Assembly (NCBI GenBank): GCA_964627245.1
Contig: CAZVGS010000001.1
Coordinates: 25,256 to 89,255, forward strand
From: an uncultured Gammaproteobacteria bacterium
GTDB taxonomy: Bacteria; Patescibacteriota; Microgenomatia; Levybacterales; GWA1-39-11
Length of the DNA: 64,000 nt
Reading direction: 5' to 3'
Part shown: piece by piece, positions 58,048-64,000 of the stretch
How the letters are laid out: each line of letters starts with the position of its first letter
Numbering within the stretch: the stretch's first letter is position 1
Translations under genes and position numbers: made by a program
The notes under the pieces: generated by a model
Database searches by the model: none
The model's input: the letters and a program-made list of their open reading frames with translations, nothing else
Told to the model about the DNA's origin: nothing

Positions 58048-58917
58048 TCAGCGCTCCTCATCGAAGTAACTGTCAAAGTTAGACTCTTTCAAGTATTCGT
58101 AGCTCTCAGAATTTACTTCTCCGCGCTGCGCGCTCTCAGAAGCGTGTCGATGAATATCAGGGAGCAGAGAATGTAGGGATGATATTGCAATAAAAGTCAA
58201 CAGTATGCCACCAAGAAGTGCAAAAGTCTCAGCAAGCGCAAATCCCTTTCTGTTTTCGTGGTGGATTTCAGGTATAAGGTTTGATAAGGAAATGTAAAGG
58301 AAAAACCCAGCAGCAATTGCAACGAATACAACAGAAAGACTAGTAAAAGAGGATCCTAAATAAAAAGTAATAATTGCTCCAACTACCGAAACCGAAGCAC
58401 TTAAGACATTGATGAATAAGATATTTTTTCTCGCAAGACCCTTCTTAAGAAGTACCCCAAAATCCCCTATTTCTTGAGGAATTTCGTGTGCCCCAACAAC
58501 AAGTGCAGTAATTATACCTACTGGCATATTAATCAAAAAAGCTGATGCAATAGCAATTCCATCGACGAAATTGTGAATAGTATCTCCTATCACTATCATT
58601 GCAACAATAGGCTCTCTCGAACCTACTTCATCATGTGTGTGCTGCCAATGAAGAATTCTCTCAAGTAAATAAAAAACAACAATTCCAACTAGCGTAAATA
58701 GATAAAAATTGCTAACTCCGATTGTTTCTTCAGATTGATGAAGACCTTCCGGTAAAATTTCAAAAAAAACAGCTCCCAAAAGAGTTCCCGCAGCAAAAGA
58801 GGACAAAATATGAGCTATTTTAACTACTTTTTTGTTCAATAGTAAAAGTATGCCCCCGGCAAGCGAAAATACACTGCCGATAATTACAAACAAAACAATA
58901 TATGCTAATAAATTCAT
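58048..58917 (-). CDS. ZIP family metal transporter
   Basis: IHNFVDG and HEIPQEIGDF. Confidence 0.93.
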   Translation of the reverse strand: MNLLAYIVLFVIIGSVFSLAGGILLLLNKKVVKIAHILSSFAAGTLLGAVFFEILPEGLHQSEETIGVSNFYLFTLVGIVVFYLLERILHWQHTHDEVGSREPIVAMIVIGDTIHNFVDGIAIASAFLINMPVGIITALVVGAHEIPQEIGDFGVLLKKGLARKNILFINVLSASVSVVGAIITFYLGSSFTSLSVVFVAIAAGFFLYISLSNLIPEIHHENRKGFALAETFALLGGILLTFIAISSLHSLLPDIHRHASESAQRGEVNSESYEYLKESNFDSYFDEER

Positions 58918-59333
58918 AGGTTGTTATTTCTACATTCTTTACAAATTCCAAAAAACTCTAAAGAATGGTTTTCTGTCTTAAATCCAAGCTTTTCCTCCAA
59001 TTTTCTTTCAGCTCTTTTCATAGAACATCTTCCAACGTCCTCGATCTTACCGCATTTATTGCAGATAGCGTGGTGATGATCTTTTCTCATTATCTCATAG
59101 TAGAATTTCTTTTTTTGCAATTGAAGTCTTCTTACAACATCTTTGTCGATGTAATTTTCAATTATCCTATAAATTGTTGCCTGGTCGGCGTCTACATGGC
59201 TCTTTGCTACTTCTTTATATATTGAGGCTATATCAAGAGGTCCTTGATGCTCTTCCAGGATCTTTAGTACAGCAATTCTTGCAGGGGTAATACGAAGCCC
59301 TATGCTTTTTATAGTCTCTTTTTGAGAAATCAT
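58914..59333 (-). CDS. Fur-family transcriptional repressor (Zur-like by context)
   Basis: GLRITPAR, ATIYR, HHHAICNKCG and GICKEC. Confidence 0.92.
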   Translation of the reverse strand: MISQKETIKSIGLRITPARIAVLKILEEHQGPLDIASIYKEVAKSHVDADQATIYRIIENYIDKDVVRRLQLQKKKFYYEIMRKDHHHAICNKCGKIEDVGRCSMKRAERKLEEKLGFKTENHSLEFFGICKECRNNNL

Positions 59334-59339
59334 GAATAA

Positions 59340-59368
59340 ATTATATGCAAATGATTTGCATTTGTCAA
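59340..59368 (-). promoter_or_regulatory. Leaderless promoter with a Fur-family operator in the spacer
   Basis: TTGACA-17-TATAAT-6-ATG; palindrome ATGCAAAT-G-ATTTGCAT at 59345-59361. Confidence 0.8.
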
Positions 59369-59467
59369 TCACCCTTATACACATTAACAGACCAGCAATG
59401 TGGTCTGTTAATGATTATGTAGTGCATAATAAGTATGCACTGTTGCTTTACAAAGCAAATCTTTCAA

Positions 59468-59644
59468 CTAAACGCTAACTGAATCGTATGCGTCTTTAGA
59501 AACAAAGCGGGTCAAATTCCTTCCATCTGATGTCTTTCCTTTTACTGCGTATTTAGTCTGTCCTTTTACTTGGTAAGTGGTTTTTTCGGTAACTTCAGCG
59601 TCAACTTTGCTTCTTGTTTTTACATCGTAGAATTGCATTTTCAT
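59468..59644 (-). CDS. 58-aa basic protein, CC1-like (not in ORF track)
   Basis: SD AAAGGAGGTG; MKMQFYDVKTRSKVDAEVTEKTTYQVKGQTKYAVKGKTSDGRNLTRFVSKDAYDSVSV. Confidence 0.85.
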   Translation of the reverse strand: MKMQFYDVKTRSKVDAEVTEKTTYQVKGQTKYAVKGKTSDGRNLTRFVSKDAYDSVSV

Positions 59645-59674
59645 AATGTCAAATCACCTCCTTTGTCGTTATGG

Positions 59675-59768
59675 TAGGTTCAATTTAAATACTGATTTAA
59701 ACTGAATAGGTTCAATTTTTAATATTTTGAACTTAACTAGCTTCAAAATATTTTCATTTGAACTTACC
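59675..59768. repeat. Three tandem 31-32-bp palindromic units
   Basis: TAG(G/C)TTCAA-N11-13-TT(G/A)AACT units starting at 59675, 59707 and 59738. Confidence 0.7.
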
Positions 59769-59922
59769 TTACTAATATGCACGTTCAAATCCAATTTGTC
59801 AAGTGTCTATGAGCGTATTGAAAAATCTTTGATCTTTTTTTGTAAGCATTTGTTATGTTTATAGTATTTTAGCTTGTGTTTGTGTTGGGCAACTATTAAA
59901 ATAGGAGAAAGTTATACGTTTC

Positions 59923-59996
59923 CGGGGAGTAGCTCAGTTGGCTAGAGCGCGCGGTTTGGGACCGTGAGGTCGGAGGTTCAAGTCCTCTCTCCCCGA
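59923..59996 (+). tRNA. tRNA-Pro(TGG)
   Basis: CGCGG-TT TGG GA-CCGTG. Confidence 0.95.
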
Positions 59997-60127
59997 CATT
60001 TGCTTTTCCTATTACTCTACAAACTCTAGATAACATACTTAATAGTCTGACCCCTTTTTATTTACTTGACACTTCAACTCAATCGTGCCTAAGATATTAG
60101 TAGATCTAATGGAAGGAGGTGAATAAT

Positions 60128-60346
60128 ATGAAGAAACTTCCAATGATTGCATGGTGGTTGGCTATAGTTGGAGCCCTTAACTGGCTCTTAGTAGGACTTG
60201 GTAGCGCGTTAGGACTTGATAACTGGAACTTAGTTAACCTAATTCTCGGAAGCTGGCCCGGGCTTGAAAACCTCGTATATATACTTGTCGGTGTTTCAGG
60301 ACTCTGGCTTCTTTGGGATGAGTTGATGGGAAGCAAAAAAAGGTAA
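60128..60346 (+). CDS. DUF378 family small membrane protein
   Basis: IVGALNWLLVG...YILVG; SD AAGGAGGT. Confidence 0.88.
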   Translation: MKKLPMIAWWLAIVGALNWLLVGLGSALGLDNWNLVNLILGSWPGLENLVYILVGVSGLWLLWDELMGSKKR

Positions 60347-60557
60347 ATTTTTACCTGCCCATTGAATTCATTTCAGCAAAAAAAGCGATCCGGATTTATT
60401 CCCTAAAAAATTCTTGTTTCGCTTTTTTTGTAATGTTATAATAACTGTTCAAACAGATTAAAGTTTGTTTGTAGTGAGTGTGAGGAGAAACAAGCGCGGG
60501 ATTTGGTTAGTTTTTACAGAGTAAAAACCAAACTAATCCAAGCGAAGTGAAACGAGC

Positions 60558-60631
60558 GCGGGATTAGTTTACCGGTAAAACATCAGATTTCCAATCTGAG
60601 GTAAGGAGTTCGATTCTCCTATCCCGCTCCA
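60558..60631 (+). tRNA. tRNA-Gly(TCC)
   Basis: TCAGA-TT TCC AA-TCTGA; encoded CCA. Confidence 0.94.
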
Positions 60632-60739
60632 AGAATTGGTAAGGGAGAATATCACGAAGTGATTTCATCCCGCTTCAAGAATTCAACACCCTATTCCTTG
60701 TAAACTTCCTCAATTCGTCCTAAAATATAAAAGTCCTTG

Positions 60740-62197
60740 ATGAATATTCCATCCAAAAATATCCCAACAGTATTTATAATTTTTGGCGCAACCGGAGATC
60801 TAATGGCCAAAAAAATTGCCCCTGCCCTATTTCATCTGTATACCAACAAAAAATTCCCAAATCTCTTCAAAATTGTTGCTTTCTCAAGACGGGATTTATC
60901 GCTGGAAGACTTCAAAGAGCACATCCGCTCAATACTCAAGTCTCACAAAAAGAAAGCCAAAGAGAGTGACATAGAGGCCTTTTTAGAATACTTCTTGTAT
61001 CAAAAAGGGGATTTTGAGAAGGTAGACGCTTACAACACCTTGGCTGAAGACTTGGGCAGAATTGACGGTGAATGGCGCGCTTGTTCTAATAAGCTTTTTT
61101 ATCTCGCAGTCCCGCCAAGCAACTACAAATCTATATTTGAACACCTTAAGACGTCAGGTCTAACATTGCCCTGCGGACCCGATGAAGGCTGGACAAGAGT
61201 AATAGTTGAAAAACCCTTTGGAAAAGACGCAAAGTCCGCCTTAGAGCTTGATATGCTTTTGTCAGAACTCTTCTTAGAAGAACAAATATACAGAATTGAT
61301 CACTATCTGGGAAAAGATATTTTGCAGAATATCTTGTCTTTTAGATTTAATAACGACCTTTTTGAGGATTCATGGAGTAACAAATATATAGAAAAAATTG
61401 AAATCAAATTCTTAGAAAGTTTTGGAATTGAAGGAAGATCTACTTTCTACGACGGCGTCGGAGCTTTAAGGGACGTAGGGCAAAATCATATGCTTCAGAT
61501 GCTCGCTTTTATAACTATGGACAAACCTTCCTCATATATCGCGGAGGATGTTAGAGAAAAAAGGTTTGACGTCTTAAAAAAACTCGTCCCGTTAAATCCG
61601 GAAGGTATAAAAAAACTTACCTACAGAGGCCAATATAAGGGTTACAAGAATACAAAAGGCGTCGAAGGACACTCGGATACCGAGACCTACTTTAAGGTTG
61701 TAGCAACCTTGGATAACGATAGGTGGCTGGGGGTACCAATTATTTTAGAGGCGGGCAAAAATCTAGAGAGAAGAAAGGAAATAATTGTAACTTTCAGACA
61801 CCGAACTCCTTGTCTTTGTCCTGACGGTGGACACTACAAGAACAGGGTTCTTTTTACCTTGGAGCCGAAAGAGGGAATAACAGTGGAATTCTGGGCAAAA
61901 AAACCGGGACTTGATTTCGTGATGGAAAAGCAAAAATTGTCATTTTTATTCCGTGATCAAAGAAAAAAAGTGCAATACGTTGAAGAATATGAAAGATTGC
62001 TTCTTGACTGCATTTCAGGAAACCAGATACTTTTTGTTTCAACCAATGAAGTGAAAGCGATGTGGGATTTCATAGATCCTATAATTGAAGGCTGGGAAAG
62101 AAATGAGGTACCGCTTGCTGAATACAAGCCTAGTTCAAAAAAAATTCTTTCCGACTCTTTAACTGTTGAAAAAAATGTGATAGAGTCTGACATATAA
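60740..62197 (+). CDS. zwf: Glucose-6-phosphate 1-dehydrogenase
   Basis: GATGDL, EKPFG, RIDHYLGK and QNHMLQ. Confidence 0.96.
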   Translation: MNIPSKNIPTVFIIFGATGDLMAKKIAPALFHLYTNKKFPNLFKIVAFSRRDLSLEDFKEHIRSILKSHKKKAKESDIEAFLEYFLYQKGDFEKVDAYNTLAEDLGRIDGEWRACSNKLFYLAVPPSNYKSIFEHLKTSGLTLPCGPDEGWTRVIVEKPFGKDAKSALELDMLLSELFLEEQIYRIDHYLGKDILQNILSFRFNNDLFEDSWSNKYIEKIEIKFLESFGIEGRSTFYDGVGALRDVGQNHMLQMLAFITMDKPSSYIAEDVREKRFDVLKKLVPLNPEGIKKLTYRGQYKGYKNTKGVEGHSDTETYFKVVATLDNDRWLGVPIILEAGKNLERRKEIIVTFRHRTPCLCPDGGHYKNRVLFTLEPKEGITVEFWAKKPGLDFVMEKQKLSFLFRDQRKKVQYVEEYERLLLDCISGNQILFVSTNEVKAMWDFIDPIIEGWERNEVPLAEYKPSSKKILSDSLTVEKNVIESDI

Positions 62198-63121
62198 ATG
62201 AAAAAAAGAATTGGAATAGTAGGCCTTGGCCGAATGGGCGGAGGAATTGCTCAAAATTTGCTCGACCACAAGTGGGAAGTAGTGGGATATAACAGGACGC
62301 CATCCGTTACCCGCGAGCTCGAAAAAGCAGGGCTGGAAGGCGCTTACTCACTCAAAGAACTTACAGGCAAACTCAAATCCCCCAGAGTTGTATTTCTGAT
62401 GTTAACAGCAGATGGTGCAAATGATGAGGTAATTTTCGGCAAAGATGGCCTTAGCACAGTGCTTTCCAAAGGCGACATAATAATAGATGGAGGTAATTCA
62501 TACTACAAGAAAGCAATTGAAACTTCGGAAAAACTTAAGAAATTTGGAATAACATTTATGGATGCAGGTATTTCCGGCGGACCCGGAGGAGCCCGGAATG
62601 GAGCCTGCAGTATGGTGGGCGGAGATAATAAAACCTTTGAATATATAGAGAATCTTTTTAAGGACATCTCTGTACCCAGTGGATACATGCATTTTGAGGG
62701 TGTCGGCGCAGGCCATTTTGTAAAAATGGTTCACAATGGAATTGAATACGGCATGATGCAGTCCATTGCTGAAGGATTTGAAATAATGAGAAAATCACCC
62801 TACAAACTTAATCTTTTGAATGTAACTGAAATTTATCAGCACGGAAGTGTTGTGACAAGCAGACTTGTTGGCTGGCTTCAGGATGCATTCAAAAAATACG
62901 GGCAGGACTTAAAGAATGTTTCAGGCTCGGTAGGTTATACGGGTGAAGGAGAATGGACTGCCAAAGCCGCAAAAGAATTTGGGGTTTCTGCTGAAGTAAT
63001 TGAGAAAAGCTTCAAATTTAGAGTTAAATCTCAAAAAAATCCTTCCTTTACTGGAAAAGTATTAACTGGAATGCGCAATATGTTTGGTCATCATTCCATT
63101 GAAAAAGGCAAAATGACCTAA
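62198..63121 (+). CDS. gnd: 6-phosphogluconate dehydrogenase, decarboxylating (short type)
   Basis: GLGRMG, DGGNS, SGG and KMVHNGIEYG. Confidence 0.95.
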   Translation: MKKRIGIVGLGRMGGGIAQNLLDHKWEVVGYNRTPSVTRELEKAGLEGAYSLKELTGKLKSPRVVFLMLTADGANDEVIFGKDGLSTVLSKGDIIIDGGNSYYKKAIETSEKLKKFGITFMDAGISGGPGGARNGACSMVGGDNKTFEYIENLFKDISVPSGYMHFEGVGAGHFVKMVHNGIEYGMMQSIAEGFEIMRKSPYKLNLLNVTEIYQHGSVVTSRLVGWLQDAFKKYGQDLKNVSGSVGYTGEGEWTAKAAKEFGVSAEVIEKSFKFRVKSQKNPSFTGKVLTGMRNMFGHHSIEKGKMT

Positions 63122-63212
63122 ACTCCATTTGAGTTAACACCTTTTATTTAGTAAAATATAGGCTGATAGTATTTTTCTCCACAAGAGGAACCTTGTGAAA
63201 AAAATATATTTT

Positions 63213-63285
63213 GCCTCCGTAGCTCAATGGATAGAGCACATCGGTTCTAACGATTAGGTTGGGGGTTCGAGTCCCTTCGGAGGTA
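63213..63285 (+). tRNA. tRNA-Arg(TCT)
   Basis: cATCG-GT TCT AA-CGATt; acceptor GCCTCCG/CGGAGGT. Confidence 0.88.
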
Positions 63286-63387
63286 CAAGAAAAGCAATGT
63301 AATTCAAGCAACCAGCTTTGCTGGGAAAATACAAGTTTTGCTTCACTCAACTTGCATCTACCCCTTCTTAGCAAAGCAAAAAAAAAT

Positions 63388-63465
63388 GGTGGATGTAGCT
63401 CAGTTGGTTAGAGCGCAAGATTGTGGATCTTGAGGTCGCCGGTTCGAGCCCGGTCTTCCACCCCA
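63388..63465 (+). tRNA. tRNA-His(GTG)
   Basis: G-1 and C73; CAAGA-TT GTG GA-TCTTG; encoded CCA. Confidence 0.94.
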
Positions 63466-63529
63466 AGTTTTTTAGCCTCGATTTTTTATACCCAAAACCT
63501 CAAGTTCGAACCTTTGGTATAATTCTCTA

Positions 63530-64000
63530 ATGACAGCATTCTATTTAGTGAGACATGGACAGAAAGAGGCAATTCCTTTTGACCCACCACTAACAGCGGT
63601 CGGTGTAAAACAAGCAGAAGTTACAGCAGAACTCTTGAAAGCTGTTTCATTTAAGGAAGTTCTCGCTAGTCCCAAGCTGAGAACTAAACAAACCGCAGAG
63701 ATTATAGCCAAATCTCACTCTCTGAATGTAATTACTGATGAGAGATTGATAGAGCGTCTTGAATGGGAAAACGATGAGTCTTTTGACGAGTTCATAGAAG
63801 AATGGAACAAAACAGATATTGATAGGTCTTATCATCCCAAAAAAGGCATGTCTTCAAAGACAAATGGTGAAAGAATGAAAAATATTCTGGATGAGCTGGC
63901 TGAGAAATATAAAGATGGGAATATTCTTATTGTTTCACATGGAGGCACAATAGGTGACCTATTAAGGAATTTATTTACAGAGGAAGCTATTGAGCATAAG
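63530..64000 (+). CDS. Histidine phosphatase family protein (partial, runs off the window)
   Basis: MTAFYLVRHGQ...SPKLRTKQTA...VSHGG; TATAAT 6 nt before ATG. Confidence 0.9.
   Translation, partial: MTAFYLVRHGQKEAIPFDPPLTAVGVKQAEVTAELLKAVSFKEVLASPKLRTKQTAEIIAKSHSLNVITDERLIERLEWENDESFDEFIEEWNKTDIDRSYHPKKGMSSKTNGERMKNILDELAEKYKDGNILIVSHGGTIGDLLRNLFTEEAIEHK

Noticed and set aside
59675-59768. Possible CRISPR mini-array
   Set aside because: Units are contiguous and degenerate, with no unique spacers and no cas genes in the window.
63213-63285. tRNA-Arg(TCT) as a pseudogene (G32, C27:U43 mismatch)
   Set aside because: The rest of the cloverleaf is intact and AGA codons are abundant in the window.
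1-64000. Alternative genetic code (UGA=Gly, as in Gracilibacteria/Absconditabacteria)
   Set aside because: Conserved genes are full length under code 11, and TGA ends genes such as infC-overlapping neighbours apbE and the ZIP transporter at expected positions.

Overview
Low-GC, gene-dense bacterial chromosome segment (standard code 11). Gene content points to Patescibacteria/CPR, probably Microgenomates: domain-truncated ThrS, PheT and trigger factor, CPR-type DUFs, and many apparently leaderless genes. It holds the thrS-infC-rpmI-rplT-(NUDIX)-pheS-pheT cluster, 14 tRNA genes, ion transporters, obg, an OmpR-type two-component pair, a ~21 kb cell-surface island (two TasA-like proteins, SipW, sortase with an LAxTG substrate, hydrolases and a glycosyltransferase operon led by an HTH gene), murF, rarA, an FMN-bind/ApbE/RnfD-FNR flavinylation cluster, Fur-family regulator plus ZIP, and zwf-gnd. 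The strongest signals are non-coding. (1) A candidate ~60-nt sRNA at ~48.9 kb is complementary to a terminator hairpin in the 5' leader of a cell-wall hydrolase gene 37 kb away. (2) Two tandem leaderless-peptide attenuators, one aromatic-rich and one branched-chain-rich, precede orphan genes. (3) Several tRNA genes are nested in or flanked by degenerate copies of themselves. (4) An unannotated 58-aa protein resembling crenarchaeal CC1 has three palindromic repeats upstream. All calls come from reading the sequence by eye; no database searches or folding programs were run.
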